Source: a virus. From it: a DNA stretch of 64,000 nt. Of the stretch, positions 28,820 through 39,172 are shown piece by piece. Below the pieces are notes generated by a model. The model was not told where the DNA came from, did not search any database, and saw only the letters and a list, made by a program, of their open reading frames with translations. Location: IMG/VR virus record IMGVR_UViG_3300028025_002828, positions 7,293-71,292 of that record. The stretch is one strand, 5' to 3'. Every line of letters starts with the position of its first letter. Position 1 is the first letter of the stretch. Position numbers and translations under genes: made by a program.

Positions 28820-30102
28820 CATATCTACTACTCGCAACAGCATTACTTTTATCTGCTATCGCAGCATTTTATGCGGTCGCAGGTCTAGTAGCAATTTTTG
28901 CTGCATCAGCCACATCAATTATGATAATGGGTGGCGCACTTGAGGGTGCGAAGTTAGTAGTAGCATCTTGGCTCTATAGAAACTGGAAAGACATTCCAGT
29001 ATTAATGAAGACATATTTTACAGCAGCATTAGTAATCCTAATGATGTTGACCAGCATGGGTATCTTCGGATACTTATCAAAAGCCCACCTCGATCAAGCA
29101 GTTCCGACAGGTGATGTTGTCTCAAAACTAAATCTCATTGATGAGAAAATTAATACACAAAAGGAGAATGTAAATGCAGCTCGTAAAGCAATTACTCAAC
29201 TCGATGCTCAGGTTGATCAAACCCTCGCAAGAACAACCGAAGCCAGCGGAGCCGATCGCTCCGTACAAATTAGAAGAGCCCAAAGTAGAGAGCGAGCCAG
29301 TCTCTACAAAGACATCGAAACCTCGCAAGCCGAGATCGCCAAACTCAACCAAGAGCGTGCGCCAATCGCAAGTGAAGTCCGAAAAGTGGAAGCAGAAGTT
29401 GGACCAATAAAATATATTGCTGCTCTATTATATGGTGACACACTAGATGATGGACTGCTAGAAAAAGCAGTCCGCATCGTCATTATAATGATTGTTTTAG
29501 TATTTGACCCACTCGCTGTTCTTATGTTAATTGCATGGAACAGAGATAAAAAACGTCAAGAAGAAGAGGATGGTGTTGCTGAGTTCTTTGCACGTGGCAA
29601 GAAAGTTGCTCGATCATTGGACGAAGGAACATATGAACCACCAGTAAAAGATACAGTAATAAGAACTGTAGAAGAACCATTTATACCTGATGCGCCACCT
29701 GTTTATCCTAGCAACGATAAAGAACTAGAAGAACTGATTATTGCGAAAGAACAGGCAAAAGAAGAAGTTCGCCATCCTTTACCTGAGTATGAACTTAATA
29801 AGTCAACAGGCGAAGTCCAAAAGGTAGATGTACCACATCCTCAACCAAAGTTGTTTGATGATTGGGATGAAGATTTATATAAGCGTGTAGACTTACCAGT
29901 ACCAAAAAAGACTGAAACTTTTTTAGCACAAGTCGCTGAAATAACCAGCGAACCACCAATCAAATCTGAGCCAGTTGAAGAGAAGATTCACTTAGAAAGC
30001 GAGTCACAGTTTTCCGCAAAAGAAACTGAATTTACTATTACCTCAGATATTCAACAAGTAATCCCCAAACCCACGAATGGAAGACCTGAAAAATATAAAT
30101 AG
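28816..30102 (+). CDS. membrane-anchored coiled-coil protein
   Basis: N-terminal TMs, TSMGIFGYLSKAH, coiled coil, VFDPLAV TM, acidic tail. Confidence 0.7.
   Translation: MTYLLLATALLLSAIAAFYAVAGLVAIFAASATSIMIMGGALEGAKLVVASWLYRNWKDIPVLMKTYFTAALVILMMLTSMGIFGYLSKAHLDQAVPTGDVVSKLNLIDEKINTQKENVNAARKAITQLDAQVDQTLARTTEASGADRSVQIRRAQSRERASLYKDIETSQAEIAKLNQERAPIASEVRKVEAEVGPIKYIAALLYGDTLDDGLLEKAVRIVIIMIVLVFDPLAVLMLIAWNRDKKRQEEEDGVAEFFARGKKVARSLDEGTYEPPVKDTVIRTVEEPFIPDAPPVYPSNDKELEELIIAKEQAKEEVRHPLPEYELNKSTGEVQKVDVPHPQPKLFDDWDEDLYKRVDLPVPKKTETFLAQVAEITSEPPIKSEPVEEKIHLESESQFSAKETEFTITSDIQQVIPKPTNGRPEKYK
30094..30101 (+). promoter_or_regulatory. T4 late promoter
   Basis: TATAAATA heading the secreted-protein cassette. 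Confidence 0.65.
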
Positions 30103-30157
30103 AAGGTAGGTTAAAACCCTACACCTCTATAACTATAAAAACAAAAAGGTAGTAAAA

Positions 30158-30646
30158 ATGATTAAAAAGACCGCTATATCGGCGCTTTTTGTCATGAATA
30201 TATCACTTGCGTTGGCAGCAGAACCAATCGTAACCGACTCGACATCAAGAAGTACAACTTCTTCAGAATCAACAACAACAATTAAATCGCCACCTCCAAC
30301 TGCAGTGGCTCCAGCAATAACAAGTATTAATAACGATTTATGCGCTGTTGGTGTTTCTGGCGCAGCACAAACCCAAATCTTGGGTATCGCAATCGGATCT
30401 ACATTTGTAGACAAAAATTGTGAAAGACTTAAACTATCTAAAACCTTATTTGACATGGGAATGAAAGTGGCAGCAGTTTCCACACTATGTCAAGACGAAC
30501 GTGTTTTCACTGCTATGATGAATGCAGGAACACCTTGTCCAGTTGACGGAAAGATTGGCGAAGCAGCGAAGGCTATCTGGGATGAAGATAAACTACTTCC
30601 AGAAAGTCAACGTCGTACACCGCAAAAAGTCAAAAGTAAGGATTAA
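30158..30646 (+). CDS. secreted Cys-containing protein
   Basis: signal peptide ending ALA-AE; four Cys. Confidence 0.7.
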   Translation: MIKKTAISALFVMNISLALAAEPIVTDSTSRSTTSSESTTTIKSPPPTAVAPAITSINNDLCAVGVSGAAQTQILGIAIGSTFVDKNCERLKLSKTLFDMGMKVAAVSTLCQDERVFTAMMNAGTPCPVDGKIGEAAKAIWDEDKLLPESQRRTPQKVKSKD

Positions 30647-30648
30647 AC

Positions 30649-32934
30649 TTGAAAAAGATGTGGATAATTTGGCTTGGGTTGCTACTGAGTTATTCAGTGG
30701 CACAAGCACAACCTGTGGTTGGAACAATTGAGCAGCAAATCACCAACAATTTAATCACAAATCCTAACTTCAATGGGACTACTGGTTGGACTACTACTGG
30801 TGGTGTTGGTGGTAATGGACCATCACATCCTGCTACACCAGCTAATGGTAATGGTTATACCTTCACTTTCATGCAAGGTAGTATTGCTCAAACTTATGCT
30901 ATCAATCAAGCATTGGCAAATGTTGGCGCAGGTGTTCAGATTGCTGGGTTTGACTATGGTTTCAAATATCGATTTGGTTGCGCCAATAGAATTGGGGGTT
31001 ATTGCGAAGACCCTGCTGGTCTACAAGATACTCTGAATGCAACAAGCACTATTACTAGCAATACTGGAGCGACTCTTTATACAAGATACTATGCTCTTGG
31101 CGCAAATTCTCCAGCTCCATACTCTGCCACATTCTCTAGCGTAAATACTCAACAAAGATTCAGTGCAGCTTTACCTGTAGAAAACCTTGGCAACTTTAGA
31201 ATTTCATTTACTGGTATGGACGCAGGATACTGGGGTGGTAACTATGGACCAACCATTAAAGACATATACTCCAAAGCAGTATATACAGTTGATCCGTGCG
31301 TAGGTAATCCAGCATATTCACCATCGTGTCCAGGATATGACACAGTGGTAACCAGTTCAAATTTATTAACTGGAATGACTGGAACACAAGCATATGCTAT
31401 CAACCAAGCATTATCCAATGCTGGTGCAGGTGCGATGATACATGGATTTAATTATGGATATGACTACAGCGTAGCTGGAAGACGATGTGCTATATGGGAT
31501 CTATTTGGTTTTTGCTTGTCGGGCTGGAACTATTCAGACGCAGGAGTTGCCACTGTTATCACAGATAGTAACAGTGCTACTATCTACAGCTCATCTAATA
31601 CACATAATGGTAGTGATAATGGAACTTCTGGAACATATAGTAAACAATTTAGATTTGGAACTTCTAGACAAATAACTACACTTGGTGGATTTGCTATGTC
31701 ACCATGGACTAGCGGAAACGCCAGCATAACAAATATGTATAGCAATGCGGTATATACAGCAGATCCTTGTTTAGATCCTCTATCTTCACCATCATGTCCT
31801 GGGTACCAACAAGCATATTTTACTCAGCAGTGTACAATAAGTTCATTGTATGATTCGCAATGTCCTGGATATGCAGCAGCATTTTTAACACTGCAGTGTT
31901 CAGCAAACCCATTGTATAATGCTTCATGTCCTGGATATGAACAAGCATATCTTACACAACAATGTAACGCAAATCAGTTATACAGTCAGGCATGCCCTGG
32001 ATATGCTGCTGCGTATTTACAACAACAGTGCTCAGCAAACCCACTCTATTCTACAACTTGCGATGGTTATCAACAAGCATACTTTAATCAACAGTGTTCT
32101 TTAAATGCTTTATATTCAACTTCATGTTCTGGATATGCTCAGGCATATTTTTCACAGCAATGTTCTTTGAATGGTTTGTATGATAGAACTTGTCCAAATT
32201 ATTCTGAAGCATACGCTACGAAAATGGTACTTGAAAAACAAGGAATGGCTTCTACTGTAGCAACTGCTGGTGTTATTGCTCAGAACGCACCAAAAGACTC
32301 AGCATCAGTCAGTTCTGATGGATCTGTTGGGGTTTCTAAAACAGGTGATACTAACGTAGATAAAGTTATTGCTGCGCCAGCACCAACTACTAACTCGTCT
32401 GCTGCTCCGTCTGCTCCAGTTCAGTTAGTACAAGCCCCACCTCCACCTGCTGCTCCACCTCCACCTGCTGCTAAGGGTGGTGAAAGAAAAGAGGGTGGCG
32501 ATAATCGTGAAGGTGGCGAAAGAAAAGCTGAAGGTGGCGATAAACCTGCTGGTGGTTCGCAACAAGCGCAAAGTAAAGATACTGAAGGCGCAAGACCAGC
32601 ACCAACTGCTAGACAAGAAATACAAGCAAGAAGACAAGCAGCAGCAAGAGATGAAGCTGTTGCTAAAGGTAAAGAACTTGCTAACGAAATGGGTAAGGCT
32701 ACTGATATAGAATCGCAGAAACAAATACAGAATGTTGTAATACAAGCAATGGGATTTACTCCAGGGTTTGATACATACTCGCACTTTAGAATGATAGACA
32801 ATACGTTCTACAAACCTGTTAACCTTTATGGTGGCACTAATGTAGATAATAGAAATGCAGGCAGAGGGTTATTTGGTGCTACTGATAAAACACACAATCA
32901 AATGGTAGAAAGTCAATTTAATCTAACAAAATAA
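30649..32934 (+). CDS. large secreted protein with 22-aa Cys repeats
   Basis: signal peptide; repeats QQCxxNxLYxxxCxGYxxAY; Pro-rich linker. Confidence 0.75.
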   Translation: MKKMWIIWLGLLLSYSVAQAQPVVGTIEQQITNNLITNPNFNGTTGWTTTGGVGGNGPSHPATPANGNGYTFTFMQGSIAQTYAINQALANVGAGVQIAGFDYGFKYRFGCANRIGGYCEDPAGLQDTLNATSTITSNTGATLYTRYYALGANSPAPYSATFSSVNTQQRFSAALPVENLGNFRISFTGMDAGYWGGNYGPTIKDIYSKAVYTVDPCVGNPAYSPSCPGYDTVVTSSNLLTGMTGTQAYAINQALSNAGAGAMIHGFNYGYDYSVAGRRCAIWDLFGFCLSGWNYSDAGVATVITDSNSATIYSSSNTHNGSDNGTSGTYSKQFRFGTSRQITTLGGFAMSPWTSGNASITNMYSNAVYTADPCLDPLSSPSCPGYQQAYFTQQCTISSLYDSQCPGYAAAFLTLQCSANPLYNASCPGYEQAYLTQQCNANQLYSQACPGYAAAYLQQQCSANPLYSTTCDGYQQAYFNQQCSLNALYSTSCSGYAQAYFSQQCSLNGLYDRTCPNYSEAYATKMVLEKQGMASTVATAGVIAQNAPKDSASVSSDGSVGVSKTGDTNVDKVIAAPAPTTNSSAAPSAPVQLVQAPPPPAAPPPPAAKGGERKEGGDNREGGERKAEGGDKPAGGSQQAQSKDTEGARPAPTARQEIQARRQAAARDEAVAKGKELANEMGKATDIESQKQIQNVVIQAMGFTPGFDTYSHFRMIDNTFYKPVNLYGGTNVDNRNAGRGLFGATDKTHNQMVESQFNLTK
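31762..32220 (+). repeat. tandem 66-bp coding repeats (about 7 units)
   Basis: DPCLDPLSSPSCPGYQQAYFT then six units like QQCSANPLYSTTCDGYQQAYFN. Confidence 0.85.
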
Positions 32935-32945
32935 GAGGTAGTAAA

Positions 32946-33563
32946 ATGTCAGAAGAAATTAAAGACGTTAACAAAGCAATCGATAATCTTGATGCTAATG
33001 TTAAAAAGTATGCTAGTAAAGATACAGTTATTAGTATCGGTGGGTATGAATTCACACCAGCTAAACTGATGGTAGCATTTACTATTGTATCCAGTTTACT
33101 CGGTGGTCTTTACGGATCATTTGAAGTCTATAAAGATTATCAAAGTATGAAAGAGAAAATCGCAAAGTACGTTTCTCCAGACTTGACAGAAATCTATAAG
33201 AAGATGGAAGTCTTGGATGCTAATACTGGTAAAATGGTTGAATACACACAATCAATCAAGACAGATCTAAAAGATGATGTGCGCAGATTAGAAGGTGTTG
33301 TAGAAAATGTTGAGAGAAGCAGTAAAGCTGCTCAGCGTGATACAGATTTATCTATCAAAGAGATTAAACGTGAGAACGATTCAACACTAAAAGAAGTTCG
33401 TCGCTATTCAGATCAATCAGTGAAAGAAGTGAACCAAGAGATTGCGAAATCTCAACAAGACATGGCTAGAAACCAAAAAGAAGTACAACAAGAAATTCGT
33501 GCCTTACGTAGTGAGGTTGACAATAAAATTAAAAAGGCACTAGACAATCCATTAAATAATTAA
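32946..33563 (+). CDS. single-TM coiled-coil protein
   Basis: KKYASKDTVISIGGYEFTPAKLMVAFTIVSS; paralog of the next gene. Confidence 0.75.
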   Translation: MSEEIKDVNKAIDNLDANVKKYASKDTVISIGGYEFTPAKLMVAFTIVSSLLGGLYGSFEVYKDYQSMKEKIAKYVSPDLTEIYKKMEVLDANTGKMVEYTQSIKTDLKDDVRRLEGVVENVERSSKAAQRDTDLSIKEIKRENDSTLKEVRRYSDQSVKEVNQEIAKSQQDMARNQKEVQQEIRALRSEVDNKIKKALDNPLNN

Positions 33564-33582
33564 CGGAGAAAGAAGAAAGTAA

Positions 33583-34062
33583 ATGACAGAAAAGATTAAA
33601 GACGTCAATGCTAAGATAGATGAGGCAGAGGCAGCAGTTAAAAAGTATGCAAGCAAAGATACAGTAATTAGTATTGGTGGTTACGAATTTACCCCAGCAA
33701 AATTGATGGTTGCCTTTACTATTGTTTCATCAATACTTGGTGGTCTTTATGGTTCTTTTGAAGTCTATAAAGATTATCAAAGCATGAAAGAAAGAATCTC
33801 AAAATATGTAGCACCAGACTTATCTGCATTTGATAAGCGTCTAGCAGTCATTGAAGAAAATAGTCAAAAGACAACTGACTATACACGTGACATTAAGAAC
33901 GACCTGAAGAACGATATCCGTCGTTTAGAGGGTGTTGTTGAACAAGTTGAGAGAAGCAGTAAAACATCTCAACGTGAAACTGAGCAAGATGTTCGCAATC
34001 TAAGAAAAGAAATTGATTCGAAAATTCAAAAAGCATTAGATAATCCTCTTGCAGGAAAATAA
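33583..34062 (+). CDS. single-TM coiled-coil protein (tandem duplicate)
   Basis: near-identical N-terminal region and KALDNPL C-terminus. Confidence 0.75.
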   Translation: MTEKIKDVNAKIDEAEAAVKKYASKDTVISIGGYEFTPAKLMVAFTIVSSILGGLYGSFEVYKDYQSMKERISKYVAPDLSAFDKRLAVIEENSQKTTDYTRDIKNDLKNDIRRLEGVVEQVERSSKTSQRETEQDVRNLRKEIDSKIQKALDNPLAGK

Positions 34063-34095
34063 ATAAGGTAAGTTATTATTCTATAAGGAAAACCA

Positions 34096-34659
34096 ATGGC
34101 ATTACACGACTCAATCCTAAAGTTAATCAACAAAGAACCTAAAGATCCAGACGCACCAAAGCCACCAGTTGGTTCAAGAAGCGAACGTGAAGCAAAAATT
34201 AAAGATAGAGCAGGTATGGTCATTTCTATATTTGCTCTGTTCCTAGCAGTTAACAGTTGGTATTCTGGAAAATTATCCAGCACTATCTTGTCTAGCACGC
34301 TGGGAGCAAACAATGCTTGGGCATATTACCAAGCAAAAAATGGTCGTGGTGTTAGTTATGAGATTGCTGCAGCAACCACGACTGATCCTGCTCTGAAGAA
34401 AAAGTTTTCTGAAGAAAAAGCGAGGATGGATGCAGATAAAAAAGAAATTATGGCAGAAGCACGTAAGTTGGAAGCAACACGTGAAGAAGCCAAAAAAGGT
34501 AGCCCATGGATTGGTTACGCAAATACAGCATATCAATTAGCGATTGTTGTATTATCAGCAAGTATACTTGCAGTGAGCATGCCAATGTTCTGGGGTAGTT
34601 TCGTGGTAGCAGGTTTTGGTATATTGTTATCTGCGCAGGGTGTATTCCTGTTCTGGTAA
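34096..34659 (+). CDS. multi-TM membrane protein (DUF4337-like)
   Basis: NNAWAYYQAKN, QLAIVVLSASIL. Confidence 0.6.
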   Translation: MALHDSILKLINKEPKDPDAPKPPVGSRSEREAKIKDRAGMVISIFALFLAVNSWYSGKLSSTILSSTLGANNAWAYYQAKNGRGVSYEIAAATTTDPALKKKFSEEKARMDADKKEIMAEARKLEATREEAKKGSPWIGYANTAYQLAIVVLSASILAVSMPMFWGSFVVAGFGILLSAQGVFLFW

Positions 34660-34701
34660 GTGTATCCTCTTCCATATTACAATTATAAAAAGGAGTTAAA
34701 A

Positions 34702-35004
34702 ATGCCTGAAGTATCAACAGATGTTTCCGTAAATGGAAAGCAAGAAGATTGGATGACTAAGAGATGGCGTCCAGCAATGGGATGGACATACATGGCAGTA
34801 TGTATATTCGACTTTATCCTAGCACCTATCCTTTGGTCTCTAGCCCAAATTATCGGTGGTGGTGAAGTTAAAATGCAATGGTCACCAATATCCCTACAAG
34901 GCGCAGGATTCTTCCATATCGCTATGGGTGCTGTTCTAGGTATCGCTGCTTACGGTCGCACTAAAGAAAAGACTGCAGCAATGGATGCTGACAAATCAGA
35001 ATAA
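34702..35004 (+). CDS. holin-like small membrane protein
   Basis: WRPAMGWTY, MGAVLGIAAYGRTKEK. Confidence 0.6.
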   Translation: MPEVSTDVSVNGKQEDWMTKRWRPAMGWTYMAVCIFDFILAPILWSLAQIIGGGEVKMQWSPISLQGAGFFHIAMGAVLGIAAYGRTKEKTAAMDADKSE

Positions 35005-35027
35005 ATAGAAAGTATCTTTAATATGAG

Positions 35028-35564
35028 GTGATAATGAAAGTTGTTATAACTGGTAATGCGAATGGCATAGGTAAAGCCATTTATGAGAAATTTAAAAGCG
35101 ATAATTGGTTATGTCTTGGTTTTGATGCAGAGAACGGTAAAGATGTAAACGACACTCAAGTGATAGAAGAACTGTTGCTTGAGTGTCAAACTGCTGACGT
35201 ATTCATTAACAATGCGCTGGCTAATCAAGTGGAACTTTTACAAAGAGTCCACGACATGTGGCTTGGTAAAGACAAAGTAATTGTCAATCTATCAAGCGCA
35301 GTCACCTACAAATATACACCGACACAATATCCTCCAGAGTTTTTTGGATACTATCAACACAAACAAAAACTGGATGAACTTTGTAAACAGTTGACATTAA
35401 ATAGACTTCCATATATACTTAATGTTAGACCAGCTTGGGTTGATACAAAACTTGCTGAGCACATAACAGACTTCAAGATTAACGCAGAACATCTTGCGGA
35501 TTTAATTTACTATCATATACAAAATAAGGAAAAGTATCAAGTAATTGATATAGTCATCAGATGA
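35028..35564 (+). CDS. short-chain dehydrogenase/reductase
   Basis: ITGNANGIGKA, INNA, NLSS, YYQHK, VRPAWVDT. Confidence 0.85.
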   Translation: MIMKVVITGNANGIGKAIYEKFKSDNWLCLGFDAENGKDVNDTQVIEELLLECQTADVFINNALANQVELLQRVHDMWLGKDKVIVNLSSAVTYKYTPTQYPPEFFGYYQHKQKLDELCKQLTLNRLPYILNVRPAWVDTKLAEHITDFKINAEHLADLIYYHIQNKEKYQVIDIVIR

Positions 35565-36724
35565 ATGAATTGAAACAGTGGTCACAAGGCGAGAAAGCAA
35601 AACAAGTTACTAAGACATCAAGATACTGGGTTCATTATGAATCAGAAAAACATCTTGACATTCAGTGTGGCAATGCAGCTTTTGTTCTTGGGTATAATGA
35701 TGGTGATGTTCTCAATGCTATGCGTGAACAACCCATAAATTTTTTGCGTGGAAACAGCGGTGAGTCTTGCGAAGCAAACGATGAGTTGATCAAATATGTT
35801 TGCGAAAAAGGTAACTGGGCATCTGTTGCTTGGGCTGTGAGCGGAAGCGATGCTGTTGAGACAGCGATTGCCATGAACGACTCATATTGGCAACAGCGTG
35901 GTGAGAGAAAAACTAAAATTCTTTCATTCGTTCCTGGCTATCATGGAACCACTATGTTGGCAAAACATCTTCGTGGTGAATACGCATACCTCAATCGTGT
36001 CGTGATGGTACAAGCACCGAACTGGCGCACACAAGAACAACAAGAAGAAACAGAATTACAGGCACTGCGCACTGTTAGGCAAATTCTTGAAAACAATACT
36101 GAGATCGGTTGTCTGATTATGGAAACTATGCCATGGGTCAGCGACATATCACCTTACACTAAAAACTGGTGGCAAACGATTAGAAACCTTTGCGATGAGT
36201 TTGGCATTCTTTTCGTGTTAGATGATGTTGCTTTGTGCTGGGGTAAGATGGGAACTATGTTCGGTTGGCAGTCCTATGGTGTTCAGCCTGACATCTCTGC
36301 TCTAGGCAAATCTTTTACCGCAGGATATACACCTCTCGGTGCTGCTGTTTGTAATAAACGTGTTAGTGATGTTCTATCAACTAAGTCATGGGATCACGGA
36401 CATACTTGGGCACCAAACATGCAAGGTATCGCAGCATCGTTGGTCGCAACCAAGAAGATCGAAAAACTTTTACCACGTGTTGATGGCATCAAACAGCGTC
36501 TTGTTGGTATAGGTGAGTCGCTTGGTTTGACGTATCGTGGCGACTGCTTGTTTGCTTGCTATGATACCCCAACTACCTATACGTTGGCTAATTTATCCTC
36601 TGTGGGACTTGCTGCAACAATTCCAGGACTCAACTGTATTAAGGTTATATCACCTCTAATTGCTGATGATGAGTATTTTGGAGAGCTACAGACACGTTTG
36701 GAGGCTCTTGTAAGTCTAAAATAA
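35561..36724 (+). CDS. class III PLP-dependent aminotransferase
   Basis: SGSDAVE, GYHGTT, LDDVALCWGKMG, PDISALGKSFTAG, GHTW. Confidence 0.85.
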   Translation: MNELKQWSQGEKAKQVTKTSRYWVHYESEKHLDIQCGNAAFVLGYNDGDVLNAMREQPINFLRGNSGESCEANDELIKYVCEKGNWASVAWAVSGSDAVETAIAMNDSYWQQRGERKTKILSFVPGYHGTTMLAKHLRGEYAYLNRVVMVQAPNWRTQEQQEETELQALRTVRQILENNTEIGCLIMETMPWVSDISPYTKNWWQTIRNLCDEFGILFVLDDVALCWGKMGTMFGWQSYGVQPDISALGKSFTAGYTPLGAAVCNKRVSDVLSTKSWDHGHTWAPNMQGIAASLVATKKIEKLLPRVDGIKQRLVGIGESLGLTYRGDCLFACYDTPTTYTLANLSSVGLAATIPGLNCIKVISPLIADDEYFGELQTRLEALVSLK

Positions 36725-36786
36725 CCCTTTTTTGAGTAGGGTTATGTAAAATAGTGCTTTACTTTAATTCATCTTTCATGTATAAT
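36723..36786 (+). promoter_or_regulatory. sigma70 promoter with upstream palindrome
   Basis: AACCCTTT-N5-GTAGGGTT, TTTACT(36758)-17-TATAAT. Confidence 0.8.
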
Positions 36787-36818
36787 TATGTTATGATGAT
36801 TGATAAAGGGTCTATATT

Positions 36819-37517
36819 ATGAGTTTGTTGACAGTTGGAAACCCAAAGTTGATGAAGGGTCAAGCGCAAGGCTACCTTTCTTCGGTTCTACATTTCGCCC
36901 CTGCTAATTTGTCAGGTAAAGAAGTGTGTCCAAAAAGAACAGCTGGTTGCACATCGGCATGTTTAAATACTGCTGGTCGTGGTGGTATCTTCAAAAAAGG
37001 CGAAAGCACCAACGTAATTCAACAAGCACGTATCCGCAAGACTAAAGCATTTTTCGCTGATCGTCAAGCATTCCTCAATGAGTTGGTTGTTGAGATAATC
37101 AAAACAAAAACAAAAGCAGAAAAACAAGGACTGATTCCAGTCTTTCGTTTGAATGGTACTTCAGATCTTTCATGGGAGAAGTATGAAGTTACAAATGGTA
37201 AAAATATTTTCCAAATGTTTCCTGATGTGCAGTTCTATGACTATACAAAAATTGTTGGTCGCAAGGTTTCTCACATTAAGAACTACCACTTGACATTTTC
37301 AAATGCTGATGGTAACATCAACGATGTGTTGAAAGCGAAAGCGAATGGCATGAATATCGCTGTTGTTTTTAGAAAAGAGTTGCCAACAAAATATCTTGGC
37401 ATGACAGTTATAAATGGTGATGAAACCGATCTTCGTTTTTTGGATCCAAAGGGTGTTATCGTTGGTCTCAAAGCCAAAGGTAAAGCAAAGAAAGATGTCT
37501 CAGGATTTGTTGTATGA
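36819..37517 (+). CDS. gp88-like Cys-motif protein (possible Fe-S/radical-SAM-related)
   Basis: CPKRTAGCTSACL, RLNGTSDL, QFYDYTK, GDETDLRFLD. Confidence 0.6.
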   Translation: MSLLTVGNPKLMKGQAQGYLSSVLHFAPANLSGKEVCPKRTAGCTSACLNTAGRGGIFKKGESTNVIQQARIRKTKAFFADRQAFLNELVVEIIKTKTKAEKQGLIPVFRLNGTSDLSWEKYEVTNGKNIFQMFPDVQFYDYTKIVGRKVSHIKNYHLTFSNADGNINDVLKAKANGMNIAVVFRKELPTKYLGMTVINGDETDLRFLDPKGVIVGLKAKGKAKKDVSGFVV

Positions 37518-37816
37518 ATAAATTTAAAATGATGAAAGAAAAGAATGCGATCGACAGTGAGATTCTGTTGATAACACAAGAAGAATGCGCTGAGGTAACA
37601 CAAGCAATCAGTAAGGTGTTTCGTTTCGGTATTGAGGGCGAGCACAATGGACAAACAAATCGCGAACGTCTTGAAGAAGAAATTGGCGATCTTATGTGTA
37701 TGATTGACTTGTTGATTGATAATGGTGTCGTGAGCGAATCAGCTGTGATGACAGCGAAAAATGAGAAATTGAATAAATTGATGACTTGGTCCAAAATTTT
37801 TGATGAGAAATTTTAA
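37514..37816 (+). CDS. MazG-like NTP pyrophosphatase
   Basis: EECAEV...LEEEIGDL. Confidence 0.75.
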   Translation: MNKFKMMKEKNAIDSEILLITQEECAEVTQAISKVFRFGIEGEHNGQTNRERLEEEIGDLMCMIDLLIDNGVVSESAVMTAKNEKLNKLMTWSKIFDEKF

Positions 37817-37817
37817 T

Positions 37818-39131
37818 ATGAACATAGATAACTTCTTCAACAGACTTGCAGCAAACAACTCCCGCAATTTTAAGATCGAGGAACTAAACGCACAGAGCCA
37901 CAACGAAACTCTGCGTGAGGTAATTCGGTTAGCACTAGATCCCTTCACACAATTCTATCAACGAAAAATTCCTGAGTACGAATTTGTTGGCGAAGGTTCT
38001 GAACATCAGACAACCTTAGAGATGGCTATACAAAATTTGTTTTATCTATCAAGTCGAGAAGTTACTGGAAATGCAGCGATTGCTCATCTCCGTGCTATCT
38101 TGTCGGGACTTGACGCTGACGATGCTAAAGTTATTGAACGAATCATTAAGAAAGATTTGTTGTGTGGTGTTGATGTGTCAACAGCCAATAAAATTTGGCC
38201 AGGACTGATTGTTGAATATCCTTGTATGCTTTGTTCACCATTTGAACAGAAGCTGATTGATAAGATTAAATTCCCAGCTTACGCTCAAATGAAAATGGAT
38301 GGCATGCGCTTCAATGCCATTGTCCGTGATGGTAAGGTAGAATATCGTAGCCGAAACGGTAAAGAGATTAACTTGCTTGGAAATCTTGATGACCAATTTT
38401 TAGCAATGGCTGATGGTGGTGAGTATGTGTTTGATGGCGAATTGCTTGTAATGTTTCCAGATGAGATCCAGTTTGCTGATCGTCAGACTGGTAATGGTAT
38501 TCTGAACAAAGCGAACAAGGGAACTATCTCTGTTGAAGAAGCAACACTTATTAATGCAAGTGTTTGGGATGTGATTCCGTATGTGTTGTTCTGTGATTCG
38601 TATTGCGCAACACCTTATAGTAAACGATTCAGTCAGTTGCGCACTATGCTTGAAAATGTAAAAGTCAAAGGTAAACGTGTCTGGACTGTTACGTCGACCA
38701 CTGTTGACACTATTGATCAAGCCCAAGAGATTTTCCAAGAATATCTGTCACTTGGTCATGAAGGCATTATTTTGAAAGACGGATCAGGTGTTTGGGAAGA
38801 TAAACGTGCCAAACACCAAATTAAGTTCAAAGGCGAACTCGAATGTGATTTAAAAATTGTTGGAACTGAACCGCACAAAAAGAAACCTGAGTGGCTCGGA
38901 GCAATTGTTTGCGAGTCAGCTGATGGTATTATTAAAGTAAATGTGGGGAGTGGATTCAATGACGAACATCGCAAGACGCTTAAAGAGAAGGATATTTTGG
39001 GGAAGATTGTCGCTATCAAATACAATGCTAAGATTAAAAATAAATCTGGTGAACAGAGTTTGTTTCTCCCAGTATTTGTCGAGATCCGCGAAGACAAAGA
39101 TAACGCAGATAATTCTCAAGTGATCCAATAA
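37818..39131 (+). CDS. 30: ATP-dependent DNA ligase (T4 gp30-like)
   Basis: KMDGMR, FDGEL, EGIILK, VGSGF, LFLPVF. Confidence 0.92.
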   Translation: MNIDNFFNRLAANNSRNFKIEELNAQSHNETLREVIRLALDPFTQFYQRKIPEYEFVGEGSEHQTTLEMAIQNLFYLSSREVTGNAAIAHLRAILSGLDADDAKVIERIIKKDLLCGVDVSTANKIWPGLIVEYPCMLCSPFEQKLIDKIKFPAYAQMKMDGMRFNAIVRDGKVEYRSRNGKEINLLGNLDDQFLAMADGGEYVFDGELLVMFPDEIQFADRQTGNGILNKANKGTISVEEATLINASVWDVIPYVLFCDSYCATPYSKRFSQLRTMLENVKVKGKRVWTVTSTTVDTIDQAQEIFQEYLSLGHEGIILKDGSGVWEDKRAKHQIKFKGELECDLKIVGTEPHKKKPEWLGAIVCESADGIIKVNVGSGFNDEHRKTLKEKDILGKIVAIKYNAKIKNKSGEQSLFLPVFVEIREDKDNADNSQVIQ

Positions 39132-39137
39132 AAATGC

Positions 39138-39166
39138 TTTACGGAAATTCATTTTCGGAGTATAAT
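39138..39166 (+). promoter_or_regulatory. sigma70 promoter
   Basis: TTTACG-17-TATAAT, ATG at the predicted +1. Confidence 0.7.
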
Positions 39167-39172
39167 TGAGTT

